A stretch of 64,000 nucleotides of DNA. Origin: Candidatus Bathyarchaeota archaeon. Lineage in GTDB: Archaea; Thermoproteota; Bathyarchaeia; Bathyarchaeales; Bathycorpusculaceae. The notes beneath the pieces were generated by a model. It worked only from the letters and a program-made list of their open reading frames with translations, did no database searches and was not told the DNA's origin. Both the position numbers and the translations under genes were made by a program. Position 1 is the first letter of the stretch. Every line of letters starts with the position of its first letter. Positions 22,539-34,202 of the stretch are shown here, piece by piece. Location of the stretch: the NCBI GenBank assembly GCA_963717465.1, contig OY970340.1:1024001-1088000 (forward strand), given 5' to 3'.

Positions 22539-23047
22539 GTGAAACAAAAACCACAGTTATCTCTGCAATCGTAGAGAACAAACCCGGTGTGCTGCATAGC
22601 ATATCGAACCTGTTTCGTCGAAGAAACTTTAACATTGAAAGCATCACTGTAGGACCAACAGAACAAGAAGATCTAGCAAGGATAACTATCACAGTCAACG
22701 GTGACGAAAAAACCCTTGAGCAAGTAATCAAGCAATTAAACAAACTTATCGATGTTATCAAAGTTGCCAGGCTTGAGTCAGGAAACATGGTCGCACGTGA
22801 ATTAGCATTAATAAAAGTTAATGTGCAAGACACCAAAAACAGATCAGATATAATCAACTGCGTTGAAGTCTTCAGGGGTCACATCGTGGACTTTTCTCCA
22901 GGAGCACTAATGGTTGAAATTACAGGCAGTTCAGGCAAAATCGACGCTTTCCTAAACCTAATGAAAACATACGGAATTGTCGAACTTGCACGAACAGGAA
23001 TAACAGCCCTTGCACGAGGATCAAAATCAGCAGTAATCGACGAGTAA
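22535..23047 (+). CDS. ilvN: Acetolactate synthase small regulatory subunit
   Basis: ACT '[22 protein letters not shown]', 'RELALIKV', 'ARTG'. Confidence 0.96.
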   Translation: MSETKTTVISAIVENKPGVLHSISNLFRRRNFNIESITVGPTEQEDLARITITVNGDEKTLEQVIKQLNKLIDVIKVARLESGNMVARELALIKVNVQDTKNRSDIINCVEVFRGHIVDFSPGALMVEITGSSGKIDAFLNLMKTYGIVELARTGITALARGSKSAVIDE

Positions 23048-23159
23048 ACTATCACTCAAAAAGGAAAAACAAATTTCCACATTTATATTTCAGGATAAAT
23101 CCAAGAAAAAATTAGTTTAAACAAATTAAGTTAAATCAAATGAAAAGAAGAGAAAAAAC

Positions 23160-24430
23160 ATGAATATTACAGAAAAAATATTGGCGAAGGCATCCGGCAA
23201 AAAAACCGTGCAGCCAGGCGAAATAGTCGACGCCAAAGTTGACATGGTTATGGTTCACGATTTAACCGGACCATTAGCCGTTGAAGCCTTCAAAAAAATT
23301 GGTACACAGAAAGTTTGGGACAACAAAAAGATAGTTGTAATTCTGGATCATCAAGTTCCAGCTGAATCAATTAAAGCTGCAGAACTCCACAAAACCATGC
23401 GCCAATTCGCTAAAGAACAAAAACTGCGCATCTACGATATAGGAAAAGGCGGAATATGCCACCAAGTAATGCCTGAAAAAGGACATGTAATTCCAGGAAC
23501 AGTTATTGTAGGCGCTGATTCACACACATGCACTTACGGCGCTTTTGGCGCTTTTGCAACAGGCATTGGTTCAACAGAAGCCGCAGCAGTCTTTGCCACC
23601 GGCAAGATTTGGCTAAAAATTCCAGAAGCAATCAAAGTAAACGTTGAAGGACAATTCAAGAAGTTTGTCACCCCAAAGGATCTAGTCTTAGCTGTTATTG
23701 GTAAAATGAGTGTTGACGGTGCTACTTACAAGAGTGTCGAGTTCACCGGCTCCAGCAATAAAGGAAATGAGTATGGCTGGAAGAATGACACTGTGCAACA
23801 TGGCTGTAGAAATGGGCGCTAAAAACGGAATAATTGAACCAGATGAAACAACCCGCAAATTCTTAGAAGGCAGAACAAGCAAACCTTTACCCTCATTTGA
23901 AGCATTAAAGAGCGATGAAGACGCCAAATACGCGCAAGACAATGGAGTTTGATGTAGGCAAATTAGAACCTCAAGTTGCCTGCCCCTCATCCGTTGACAA
24001 CGTTAAACCCGTTTCAAAAATAGGCAACATGCCAATTGATCAAGCATTCATCGGTTCATGCACTAACGGCCGATTAGAAGATTTACGGTTAGCCGCTCAA
24101 GTATTAAAGGGCAAAAAAGTCAAGGACAACGTTAGAACACTGGTAATTCCTGCTTCCCAAGAAGTATACAAGCAAGCTCTACAAGAGGGCTTATTAGAGA
24201 TATTTACTGATGCAGGCGCCATCGTTTGCGGCTCAGCATGTGGTCCCTGCTTGGGCGGGCACATTGGATTATTAGCAGCAGATGAAACATGCGTTAGCAC
24301 TTCAAACCGTAACTTCATAGGAAGAATGGGTAGCACCAAAGCTAATGTTTTCTTAGCTTCCCCCGCTACAGTAGCAGCTTCAGCCGTTACAGGAAAAATA
24401 ACTGATCCAAGAAAACTGGAGGTAAAATAA
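23160..24430 (+). CDS. leuC: 3-isopropylmalate dehydratase large subunit (frameshifts)
   Basis: 'GICHQ', 'DSHTCTYGA', 'IGSCTNGR', 'CGPCLGGH', '[11 protein letters not shown]'. Confidence 0.94.
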
Positions 24431-24934
24431 ATGACTTTGAAAATAAAGGGAACTGCAATAAAATTCGGAAACAACATTGATACTGACGTGATTCTGCCTG
24501 GCAAATATTTAGTGTTGGTTGACCCTAAAGAATTAGCTAAACACGCCCTAGAAGGTTTAGATGCAGACTTCCCTGAAAAAGCGCAAAAAGGCGTGATTGT
24601 AGTCGGCGGTAGAAACTTTGGTTGCGGATCAAGCAGAGAACAAGCACCATTAGCCTTAAAATACTCAGGCGTAAAATGCGTAATAGCCGAATCTTTCGCC
24701 AGAATTTTCTACCGAAACTCAATCAACATAGGCTTGCCAGTAATCGAATGCCCAGCTATATCAGCAGCAGTTGAAACAGGCGATGAATTAACTGTTGATT
24801 TCGAAACGGGCAAGATAGAAAACAACACAAAGGGCAAAAGCTTCCAAGTAGACAAGCTCCCCACATTCATACTGGAAATTCTTTCAGATGGAGGATTAAT
24901 AGAAAATCTACGCAGGAGACAGAAAAACCAATGA
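24431..24934 (+). CDS. leuD: 3-isopropylmalate dehydratase small subunit
   Basis: 'NIDTDVILP', 'NFGCGSSREQA', 'FARIFYRN'. Confidence 0.95.
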   Translation: MTLKIKGTAIKFGNNIDTDVILPGKYLVLVDPKELAKHALEGLDADFPEKAQKGVIVVGGRNFGCGSSREQAPLALKYSGVKCVIAESFARIFYRNSINIGLPVIECPAISAAVETGDELTVDFETGKIENNTKGKSFQVDKLPTFILEILSDGGLIENLRRRQKNQ

Positions 24935-25965
24935 ATGAATACAAAATATCCGTAATATCCGGTGATGGAATTGGTCCAGAACTAACAGAAGCAACACTAA
25001 AAGTTCTGGATGCAGTTCAAGAAAAATTCAACCTGAAACTGAAAATGATTGACGCACAAGCAGGCGACACTTGCCTTGAGCAAAGAGGCGTGCCCTTACC
25101 GGAAGACAGTGTACAGAAAATCAAAGATTCTGACGCATGCCTAAAAGGGCCTGTAGGAGAAACCGCAGCAGACGTTATTGTAAAACTGCGATTAATGTTC
25201 GATCTATACGCCAATTTGCGACCACTGAAGGCTTATCCATCAGTTGCCGTAGCACGTCCTGACATTGACATGCTGTTTGTCAGGGAGAATACAGAGGATG
25301 TTTACAAAGGCTTAGAATTTACAATTGGCAATGACACAACTATTTGCTTAAGAGTTATTACACGCAAAAACTGCGAACGAATAGCAAAGAAAGCCTTTGA
25401 GTTAGCGAGATTACGAAACGGCAAGAAGAAAGTAACAGCAATTCATAAAGCAAACGTTATGCGTGTAACCGACGGTTTATTCGCCAGCGTATGCAGAGAA
25501 ACAGCGAAACAATACCCAGATATCGCATTCAACGAGCTTTACGTCGACGCTGCGTCGATGCGGCTGATAAAAGAACCTCAAGAATTTGATGTCTTTGTTA
25601 CTCCGAACATGTTCGGCGACATTCTCTCTGATGAAGCAGCCCAGTTAATAGGTGGATTAGGAATGGCTCCGGGAGCAAACATTGGGGACAATTTTGCTTT
25701 GTTTGAGCCGATTCATGGCTCAGCACCTAATAGGGCAGGTAAGCAAACAGCTAACCCAATATCCATGATTTTAGCGGCGCAAATGATGATGAATTGGCTG
25801 GGCGAAAAACACAATGACCAAAGATGCATTGATGCAGGAAAAGCAATCGAGAAAGGCGTAATCTACGCTCTTGAGAATCATCAATCTGTACCAGACTGCG
25901 GCGGAAAAGCTACAACCTTGCAAATGGCTGAAGCTATCGCTGCAGCAATAATGAAGAATGGTTGA
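24931..25965 (+). CDS. leuB: 3-isopropylmalate dehydrogenase
   Basis: 'GDGIGPE', 'RENTED', 'NMFGDILSD', 'EPIHGSAP'; leu operon context. Confidence 0.9.
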   Translation: MNEYKISVISGDGIGPELTEATLKVLDAVQEKFNLKLKMIDAQAGDTCLEQRGVPLPEDSVQKIKDSDACLKGPVGETAADVIVKLRLMFDLYANLRPLKAYPSVAVARPDIDMLFVRENTEDVYKGLEFTIGNDTTICLRVITRKNCERIAKKAFELARLRNGKKKVTAIHKANVMRVTDGLFASVCRETAKQYPDIAFNELYVDAASMRLIKEPQEFDVFVTPNMFGDILSDEAAQLIGGLGMAPGANIGDNFALFEPIHGSAPNRAGKQTANPISMILAAQMMMNWLGEKHNDQRCIDAGKAIEKGVIYALENHQSVPDCGGKATTLQMAEAIAAAIMKNG

Positions 25966-25972
25966 ATACAAA

Positions 25973-27491
25973 ATGAACAATTCAAAGTATGTCCGCATTT
26001 TTGACACAACCCTACGAGATGGTGAGCAATCACCCGGAGTCTCGTTAACGTTCGATGACAAAATGGAGATTGCAAAGCAACTGGGGTTACTAGGGGTTGA
26101 TGTTATTGAAGCAGGTTTTCCCAGCTCATCTGAAGGAGAAAAAAAAGTTGTTAAAGAAATAGCGAAAGCTGGGTTTGTAAAGGAAACTTGCGGTTTATCA
26201 CGGGCTATCCAGGGCGATGTTGACGCGGTAATCGGATGTGACGTTAATACAATTCACATTTTCATTTCAACTTCAGATGTGCAGATGAAGTACGCTTTAG
26301 GATTAACACCAGAACAAGTTCTTAAATCAACAGTTGACTCAATCGAATACGCCAAAAAACATGGGCTAACAGTCGAGTTTTCACCCATGGATGCAACCCG
26401 CTCCAAGCTGCCCTTCTTAAAAGAGGTTTGCAAAACTGCTGAGAAAGCAGGCATGGATAGGCTTAACGTTCCCGATACCGTAGGCATAATGACTCCTAGA
26501 ACAACCTGTCAAGCTGATTGAGGAGCTAAAATCCACGGTTTCTGTTCCAATCAGCATTCATTGTCATGATGATTTTGGCATGGCTGTTGCAAACTCGCTA
26601 GCAGCGGTGGAAGCAGGAGCTGCTCAGGTGCATGTTGCCGTTAACGGTTTAGGTGAACGCGCTGGCAATGCTTCCTTGGAAGAAGTTGTTATGGCTTTGC
26701 ACATGCTTTACAAGTGTAAAACAAGCGTAAATACACGCTTACTGTACAGCACTTCAAAACTGGTTTCGTCTCTGTCGGGCATACAAGTGCAAGCAAACAA
26801 AGCAATCGTAGGTGAAAATGCTTTTGCTCATGAGTCTGGAATTCACACACGTGGAGTAACAGAGAAACCGCTAACCTTCGAACCTATTAAACCTGAATTG
26901 GTTGGTCGTTCAAGAAAGTTGGTTGCTGGCAAACTGGCGGGAACTCGTGGAATAAAAGCTGAACTTGAAGAAATAGGAATAAACCCTAACATGGAGCAGC
27001 TGAAAGAAATTGTTCAACGAGTTAAGGAGTTAGGCGATAAGGGCAAGACAGTGACAGACGCCGATCTAATAGCTCTGACCTCAGCGGTTATGGGTGAAGT
27101 GATACAAGAAGAAAAAATCGTTGACTTATGCGATTTAGCAGTTGTAACCGGAATAAAAGTGCTTCCGACAGCTTCAGTACGCCTGGTCTTAGATGGAAAA
27201 GAGTACACCGCAGCTGAGACTGGCGTTGGCCCCGTGGACGCAGTACTGAAGGCTATCCAGAAATTAACCAACAATCTGGAAAAAATCCGTTTAAGCGAGT
27301 ACCGTCTTGAAGCAATAACTGGAGGCTCAAACGCAGTAGCTGAAGTCATTATAAAGGTGGAAGACGATAAGGGTCACATGGTTTCAGCACGCGCCGCAAG
27401 AGAAGACATAGTTATGGCAAGCGTTGAAGCAATGATAAATGGCATAAACAAGTGCCTACTAAAAAATAGAAAGCAGGGAAACAAAAAGTGA
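25973..27491 (+). CDS. leuA: 2-isopropylmalate synthase (frameshift near 26505)
   Basis: 'DTTLRDGEQ', 'HIFISTS', 'GERAGN', 'HESGIH', regulatory domain. Confidence 0.85.
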
Positions 27492-28297
27492 AAATAGCCT
27501 TTCAAGGCGAACGAGGCGCATACAGCGAAAGCGCAGTCTACTCTTTCTTTGGAGAAAAAGTTGACGTCGAGCCTTGCAAGGACTTCAAAACCGTTTTCGA
27601 AAACATAAAGCAAAAAAAAGTTCAATCGGGCGTTGTTCCAGTCGAGAACTCCATCGAAGGCAGCGTCAACCAAACTTACGACTTATTCTTTAATTATAAC
27701 CTGAAAGTTAAGGGCGAAGTAATAGTAAAAATCGCTCATTGCTTAATAGTTAACCCATCTACAACGATAAAAATGTTAAAGACTGTTTATTCTCATCCAC
27801 AAGCTCTAGCGCAATGCAGCATTTTTCTTGAAAAGCAAAAATGGGAAATTATTCCAACTTACGACACCGCAGGAAGCGTCAAAATAATCAAAGAAAAAAA
27901 TCTCAAAAATGTAGCCGCGATAGCAAGTGAAAAAGCCGCAGAAATCTACGGCATGAAAATCCTGGCCAAAGACCTCGCGGATAACTTGGAGAATTATACT
28001 CGTTTTTTTGTTTTGTCTCATGAGGATTCGCCTGTAACTGGAAGAGACAAAACATCAATTATTTTCTCTGCAACTCATGAGCCAGGAGCGCTTTATCATG
28101 TCTTGGGTGAATTTGCTAAACGGAACATTAACCTCACCCGCATTGAATCCAGACCTACTAAAACCACTGCTTGGCAGTATAATTTTTATTTGGACTTCGA
28201 GGGGCATCGAACGGAAAAGCGTTGCACAGAAGCTTTGGAAGCTCTAGAGAAGTACGTGACATTTGTGAAGATTCTGGGCTCCTATCCAAAGGCATAA
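27488..28297 (+). CDS. pheA: Prephenate dehydratase
   Basis: 'FQGERGAYSE', 'ENSIEG', 'SHPQAL', 'TRF', 'IESRP' ACT domain; overlaps leuA stop (GTGA). Confidence 0.96.
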   Translation: MKIAFQGERGAYSESAVYSFFGEKVDVEPCKDFKTVFENIKQKKVQSGVVPVENSIEGSVNQTYDLFFNYNLKVKGEVIVKIAHCLIVNPSTTIKMLKTVYSHPQALAQCSIFLEKQKWEIIPTYDTAGSVKIIKEKNLKNVAAIASEKAAEIYGMKILAKDLADNLENYTRFFVLSHEDSPVTGRDKTSIIFSATHEPGALYHVLGEFAKRNINLTRIESRPTKTTAWQYNFYLDFEGHRTEKRCTEALEALEKYVTFVKILGSYPKA

Positions 28298-28350
28298 ATA
28301 ATTAACCAAAAATTAGAAATTGTTTGAATAGCGCGTGGATATCATGATTA

Positions 28351-28839
28351 GTGGGGATTAATGTGACGCGGAATGTATTAGACAGTGAAGAAGCAAGCAA
28401 AAACGAAGAAGTAGAAGTCAATAAATCAAAGCAGGGAAATAAGGTGAACACTCTCGCCACACCAGAACCATTCAAGCCTCCATCTGATATGTTCATTGTA
28501 ACGACACCATTCGTTTCAGGATATCACGTAACGCGTGTCATTGGCATGACATTTGGGTTGATTGTCAGGTCTCGTGGATTAGGTCAAAATATTTGGGCAT
28601 ATTTCCGAGCTTGGGGTGGCGGAGAAATAAAAGTGTACACGAAACTCCTCGAACAAGTACGCGCACAGGCTATTCAACGACTCAGTGATCATGCTAAGCG
28701 CTTGGGAGCAAATGCAGTTGTCTCCGTTGGCTTTGACACATCAGAGATGAGTAGTTCAATGACAGAAGTTCTTGCCTATGGAACTGCGGTGATTGTAGAA
28801 CCTGGCATGTCTCCTGCACAACCTGTCGAACTGCATTAA
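28351..28839 (+). CDS. YbjQ/UPF0145 family protein
   Basis: 'GGGEIKVYTKLL..R..AIQRL..A..LGANAVV', 'EVLAYGTAV'. Start uncertain. Confidence 0.9.
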   Translation: MGINVTRNVLDSEEASKNEEVEVNKSKQGNKVNTLATPEPFKPPSDMFIVTTPFVSGYHVTRVIGMTFGLIVRSRGLGQNIWAYFRAWGGGEIKVYTKLLEQVRAQAIQRLSDHAKRLGANAVVSVGFDTSEMSSSMTEVLAYGTAVIVEPGMSPAQPVELH

Positions 28840-28935
28840 AAGAAAAGATTGAATGGCATCTTATTTTTCAGTTTTTTGAGCGCGAAAAATAAGCTGAAAC
28901 ACACGCTCTTAAACGAAACATTCTCGTTATTAGAA

Positions 28936-29561
28936 TTATTTTGCAATCTTTTCAAAGAAGTTTTGTATGACTTTGTGTCCTTCAGGGTTTGTTTGGTTTT
29001 TTATGGTTGTGCGTTCTGGGTGGAATTGGACTCCGTAGAAGGGTTTGCTGGTGTGCTTGACGGCTTCTACTTCGCATGAGGCTGAATCCGCTATCAACTT
29101 GAATCCCGCTTTTTCGAGGCTGTCTTTTAGAACGTAGTCAAAGTGGTTTTCCGCCAGTAGCAACGCTTGCTTGTCAGGGAAGCCAGCGAAAATTGCGTCT
29201 TTGTCCAAGACTTGAATATTTTCAAAGCGTTCCAAGACTCCTTGGGGAAGCGAACCTACTTTGGCACCTAGCGCCCAGCAGAGTATTTGGTGACCAAAAC
29301 AGATGCCGAAAATCGGCAATTTGCAGGTTTGAACCAAATGCACAACTCCTTTGAATTTGGCTCGATCTGCTTGATCAACTACCCTGGCAGCTGAGCCGCT
29401 AATAACTATGGCATCAAAGTCTTTGTCAACGCAAAAGTCTTCAGAAACTTCACTATATGGAACGACTTTGAATTCACTAAATTTGTTGATTGCTGCGAAT
29501 AAATCCTTGTTCACTGTGTTTTTGAGAGAACAGTTGACTAGCAAGGTTTTAGTCGTTGCAT
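28936..29561 (-). CDS. Class I glutamine amidotransferase, standalone
   Basis: 'VISGS', 'GICFGHQ', 'GVQFHPE' triad; probable indel just after the start. Confidence 0.88.
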
Positions 29562-29566
29562 GCTCC

Positions 29567-30441
29567 TCATTTTTCTGTTGATTCCAGCATTTTGTACATG
29601 ACTTCATATGATTCTGCGAAATCCTTGTCCGCTTTCAAGAGTTTAGTCTTCAACAGTTCCATGCGCTTAACAATTGCAGCTTCATCTTTCTTTTTGATTA
29701 AATTAAGCCATTCTTCAGCCTTTGCAATAAAAGAATCCTCAATTTTTCCTAAATCCGGCAAACTAGTTTGAAGGCTAGCATACAAGTCGGGTGTTTCCAA
29801 TGCTGTTGCCTCAGCTAAAGTGAAAAGCATCCTGTAAGTCGTACCCGCAACTTTTTTTGACTCCGCCAAATTTTCCTGTTCCAAAAGAGTTTCGCAGGCG
29901 ACTACTCCAACGAAATGGGGTAAGCCTAAAACAATCGACATTAGCTTGTCATGTTTCTCAGGTGATATTATGAAGACGTTTGCTTTTTCTTTTTCAAGCC
30001 ATTCTTTGAATTCTTCAGGGCGAATTTTTGTTCTTTATCGTTTGTCGGTGTTAGGATGAATGCTTTGTGTTCAACTCCTTTGCTGCCTGGACCGAAAACT
30101 GGGTGAGTGCCCAAAACTAAGCCGTGTCTTATGTGCTCATGCATTAGTTTTACTGGTGTTTCCTTTATCGAACAAATATCCAAAACAACTTGACCATCGT
30201 GAATTGCTGGAGCGATTTTTTTTACTATTTCTTCGAAAGCGTTGATTGACACGCAAATCCAAACTTGATCAGCATCTTTAACGGCGTCAACGAATCCAGC
30301 AGTCTTAACCCCGAGCTCCTTCTCAAATTTTAATAGTTTTTCTTTTTTTCTGTCAGCAACAGTAACAGCGTAGCCTTTGGATTGAAAGAATTTTGCGAAC
30401 CAAACACCCATCTTGCCGGCGCCAAGGATGGCAATTCTCAT
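29567..30441 (-). CDS. tyrA: Prephenate/arogenate dehydrogenase (frameshift near 30020)
   Basis: 'GAGKMG', 'DICSIK', 'HPVFGP', 'HD..MSIVLGLPH'. Confidence 0.92.
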
Positions 30442-31563
30442 TTAAGTAAGCTCCTCGCAAATCCTCTCTAGACCAACTTTTATTTCGTCTCTTGGTGCGG
30501 TTAAGGATATTCTGAAATGCTCAGGGTAATCTCCAAAAGATGTCCCTGGAGCTATCGCGACGCCTTTGTCAAGCAGGTCTAAACAGAATTTCTCAGAGTT
30601 CAAACCTGACTTCTTTGGAAACACGTAGAACGGGGCATCTGGTTTGGAGAATGATAGTCCAGCTTTTGAAAGAATTTTGCTTGCCATTTCTGCCCTTTGC
30701 TGATACTCTTTTTGTATTTTTGTTGCGAGTTGTTTTTGCATTTCCAAAGCTTTCAATGCGGCATCTTGTATGAAAACGGGAACGTTGTTAATTGTTATTT
30801 GATTTAATTTAGTTATGTTGTCAATGAGTATCTTGTTTCCAATGATGTATCCGATTCGCCAGCCGGTCATAGTAAATGTTTTGGAGAAACCGTTGGATAA
30901 AATGTGGTTGTCTCCGTATTCTAGGATGCTTTTTGTTTTAACGAAACTGATTGTTCCGTAGATTTCGTCGGATAAGATCGTGACACCTTTCTTGTTGGCT
31001 ATTTCAACTATTCCGTCAAGAGTTTTTGCATCTATGGCTTTGCTTGTCGGGTTATTGGGGTTGTTGAGAATTATCAACCGAGTGTCTTTATCAATCATGC
31101 CTTCAAGCTTGTCAAGGTCAACTTTCCAATCATTTTCAAGTTCCGTTCTTAACAGTTTAAACTGGAAGCCGAGGCTTTTAGCCATTAAGTCGTAAGCTGT
31201 CCAATATGGCGTTGGGATAATTACGTTTCCTCCGCCCTTCATCAACAAGTACATTGTGGCGAAAATGCCCCATTTAGAACCAGATGTAATTACGACGTTG
31301 TCAGTTTTGACACCGTGAAATTCTGCGATTTTGTCCCGTAATTTTTTTTCACCGTAAGACGAGGAATACTTTGTTTTTCCCGCCTTCATAGACGCGTACG
31401 CAGCTTCAATTATCTCATTAGGCGTAGCTAAGTCTGGGTCGCCTAAGTTTAATCGAATTATTTTTTTTCCTTCATTTTCAAGTCTTAGGGCTTTCTCGTT
31501 TAATTCATACAGCATTGGACAATACTCTCCGTTAAGAGTTCTTTTTCTACTCTTGAACAGCAC
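30442..31563 (-). CDS. Class I/II PLP aminotransferase (aromatic/aspartate)
   Basis: 'LGDPD', 'NNPNNPT', 'SDEIY', 'GFSKTFTMTGWRIGY'. Confidence 0.92.
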   Translation of the reverse strand: MLFKSRKRTLNGEYCPMLYELNEKALRLENEGKKIIRLNLGDPDLATPNEIIEAAYASMKAGKTKYSSSYGEKKLRDKIAEFHGVKTDNVVITSGSKWGIFATMYLLMKGGGNVIIPTPYWTAYDLMAKSLGFQFKLLRTELENDWKVDLDKLEGMIDKDTRLIILNNPNNPTSKAIDAKTLDGIVEIANKKGVTILSDEIYGTISFVKTKSILEYGDNHILSNGFSKTFTMTGWRIGYIIGNKILIDNITKLNQITINNVPVFIQDAALKALEMQKQLATKIQKEYQQRAEMASKILSKAGLSFSKPDAPFYVFPKKSGLNSEKFCLDLLDKGVAIAPGTSFGDYPEHFRISLTAPRDEIKVGLERICEELT

Positions 31564-31810
31564 TGCACATATTAACTATTTCGCGGTAAACCGCTTCAAC
31601 CTGAACAGGATTCAAATCGAACTGGCTTGCTTTTTTCTTCAGACGGTTGAGAAGCTCTTTTTCTCTTAACGCGTCTTTTACAGGTTTTCCCTGTTTTTTC
31701 TTTGCTTGACCAATAGCTTTGCATACGTTTACTCTTTCAATCAAAGCATTTAGTATTTGATCATCAATTTCATCAATACGTTTACGATGCCGCTCTATAT
31801 CGTCGCTCAT
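31547..31810 (-). CDS. Chorismate mutase type II (AroQ)
   Basis: 'RKRIDEIDDQIL..R..IG..K..VKD..RE'. Confidence 0.92.
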   Translation of the reverse strand: MSDDIERHRKRIDEIDDQILNALIERVNVCKAIGQAKKKQGKPVKDALREKELLNRLKKKASQFDLNPVQVEAVYREIVNMCSAVQE

Positions 31811-31813
31811 TAT

Positions 31814-32920
31814 TTATTGCTCCTTCAAAACTTTCGCTATAAAACCTGCCCGAATCAAGTGATCAACAAGAGTTATCGCAACTGCTGATTCTACAATGGG
31901 CACAGCTTTAGGAACTATGCAGGGGTCATGCCTACCCTTAACGCTAAAGGCTTCATCTTTCATTTTGGATAAACTAACAGTCTTCTGCTCTTTTCCTATG
32001 GAAGGAGTCGGTTTCACTGCGACTCTTACAATTAATGGCATACCACTTGATAATCCACCCAATATGCCACCTGCATTATTAGTTAGAGTTGTTACCTTCC
32101 CGTTCTTTACAGTGTAGGCGTCATTGTTTTCTGAACCCTTCAACTCAGCAGCTTTAAACCCAACTCCGAACTCCACACCTTTAACGCTTGGAATGGTGAA
32201 CAATATTTTAGCGATATCCGCATCTAAAGAATCAAACAAGGGGTCACCGACACCAACTGGAACATTCAGAGCGATGCATTCGATTGTTCCACCAACGCTA
32301 TCGCCATCCTTCTTAGCTGCAACGATTGCTTCTTCCATTTTCTTTGCAAGCTTCAAATCTGGACAGCGAACCGCTGAAGAAAAAGTGCTGTCGCGAATTT
32401 CCTCAACACTCAGTGACTTGTCCATTTTCACTGTGCCAATCGATTTTGTATAAGCGTAGACTTCAACGTTGACTTTGCCAAGAAGCTTCTTAGCGATGAC
32501 ACCAGCCAAGACCAGTGCAACTGTTACTCTTCCGGAAAACCTTCCGCCACCACGATAATCATTAAAACCACCATACTTTAAGCGGGCAGGATAATCCGAG
32601 TGACTTGGCCTTGGCAAATCCTTAATCTCCTCATAAGCGCTCGAATCAACATCCTTATTCTGCACTGTCACACATATTGGAGCGCCCGTTGTGAATCCAT
32701 TAAAGACTCCTGAAAGTATTTTTGCGGTATCCTTTTCAGTTCTTCCTGAAACGATTTTCTGCTCTTTGGGAACCCGCCTATCAAGCTCAATTTGAAAATC
32801 AGTTTCAGAAAGTGAAAGCCCAGCTGGGCAGCCATCTACCACAATGCCGACAGTTTTGCCGTGGCTTTCCCCAAAAGTGGTTACAGTAAATTCTTTACCT
32901 ATCGAATTTCCCGCCAACAA
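31814..32920 (-). CDS. aroC: Chorismate synthase
   Basis: 'FGESHG', 'RPSHSD', 'GGGRFSGR', 'KPTPSI', 'RHDPC'. Confidence 0.97.
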   Translation of the reverse strand: MLAGNSIGKEFTVTTFGESHGKTVGIVVDGCPAGLSLSETDFQIELDRRVPKEQKIVSGRTEKDTAKILSGVFNGFTTGAPICVTVQNKDVDSSAYEEIKDLPRPSHSDYPARLKYGGFNDYRGGGRFSGRVTVALVLAGVIAKKLLGKVNVEVYAYTKSIGTVKMDKSLSVEEIRDSTFSSAVRCPDLKLAKKMEEAIVAAKKDGDSVGGTIECIALNVPVGVGDPLFDSLDADIAKILFTIPSVKGVEFGVGFKAAELKGSENNDAYTVKNGKVTTLTNNAGGILGGLSSGMPLIVRVAVKPTPSIGKEQKTVSLSKMKDEAFSVKGRHDPCIVPKAVPIVESAVAITLVDHLIRAGFIAKVLKEQ

Positions 32921-34199
32921 CCTCAGCTCCTATACTGCTTAAATCAGTAAAGAATTGCGGATAAGATTTTCTAACGCATTCAGCATCCTGAATCTTGGTT
33001 TCTCCATTTGCGCGCAAAGCTGCAACTGCACAAGCCATCGCGATACGGTGATCATTATGCGGATCAATGATTGCACCATGCAAGTTGCATGAACCTTTAA
33101 CCGTTAGGCTGCTTTCAATAACATCTATTTGCGCTCCCATCTTTTCTAACTCAACACAAATGGAAGACAACCTATCAGACTCCTTAAACCTAAGTCTATG
33201 AGCACCATATATTTTAGAAGTACCATTAGCAAAACATGCAAGCGCCGTTAAAACCGGCACGAGATCAGGAATATTCTTTGCATCCAAATTCAACGGCATG
33301 AGCGGATTGGTAGACCCTTCAACCCTAACTTTGCCCTTACTCATTTTTTCCTTTACACCCATTTGTTTCAAAATGTCCAAAATAACTTTATCGCCTTGAA
33401 GAGTCTGATAATCAAGATTGTTAACCTGCACCTCTGAATCTGTTATTGCAGCAGCGGCTAAAAGAAAAGCAGCTGACGAAAAATCGCCAGGCACCTTGCA
33501 GTCAGATTGCTTGTAAATTTGGCGTGAAGGTATACTAATGCTTCTAAAATTATCTTGGAAATCAACCTTCACCTGATGCATTGCCAGAACCTCTCGTGTC
33601 ATCTTAACGTAATCTTCAGACTCCAATGGCGATGTAAGCGTTACTTTAGTTGGTTTTTTTGCCATCGGGCATGCAAACATTAGGCCTGAAACGAACTGGG
33701 AACTCACATCTCCAGGCATAGACGTTTCTCCTCCATTGATTCCGCCACCGCTAACGATCAGCGCGGTTTTATCGGAGATTCTTTCTTGAGTAACTTGTAC
33801 TCTTAAATCATTGAGGCTTTTCAGTAAGGGTTCAATGGGTCTTTTCTCTAAGCCTTGTCCAAGAATAAACGTTGAAGCACCCGATGCTAATGCTGCAATG
33901 GGTATCATGAATCGCAAGGTGGCTCCAGATTCACCACAGTCAATCGGTTCCTTTGCCGCAGTAAGCGAATTAGTGCCTTCAACAATCCAGGCATTTTTTG
34001 CAATCTTTACTTTCGCGCCTAAAGCGGTAACAGCGCGTAGAGTGGCTGAAGTGTCCTCAGACAAGAGTGGATTCATCACTTTTCCAGGGCCATTTGATAG
34101 AGAAGCGGCTATGAGCATTCTTTGAGTGTAAGCTTTCGAGGAGGGCGCATTGACGGAACCATTTAGTTTCAAGGTTTTCTTTACAATCACGTTAGTCAT
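32895..34199 (-). CDS. aroA: EPSP synthase
   Basis: 'PSSKA', 'CGESGATLR', 'SSQFVSG', 'KESDR', 'DHRIAM', 'KSYP'. Confidence 0.97.
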   Translation of the reverse strand: MTNVIVKKTLKLNGSVNAPSSKAYTQRMLIAASLSNGPGKVMNPLLSEDTSATLRAVTALGAKVKIAKNAWIVEGTNSLTAAKEPIDCGESGATLRFMIPIAALASGASTFILGQGLEKRPIEPLLKSLNDLRVQVTQERISDKTALIVSGGGINGGETSMPGDVSSQFVSGLMFACPMAKKPTKVTLTSPLESEDYVKMTREVLAMHQVKVDFQDNFRSISIPSRQIYKQSDCKVPGDFSSAAFLLAAAAITDSEVQVNNLDYQTLQGDKVILDILKQMGVKEKMSKGKVRVEGSTNPLMPLNLDAKNIPDLVPVLTALACFANGTSKIYGAHRLRFKESDRLSSICVELEKMGAQIDVIESSLTVKGSCNLHGAIIDPHNDHRIAMACAVAALRANGETKIQDAECVRKSYPQFFTDLSSIGAEVVGGKFDR

Positions 34200-34202
34200 G
34201 AG

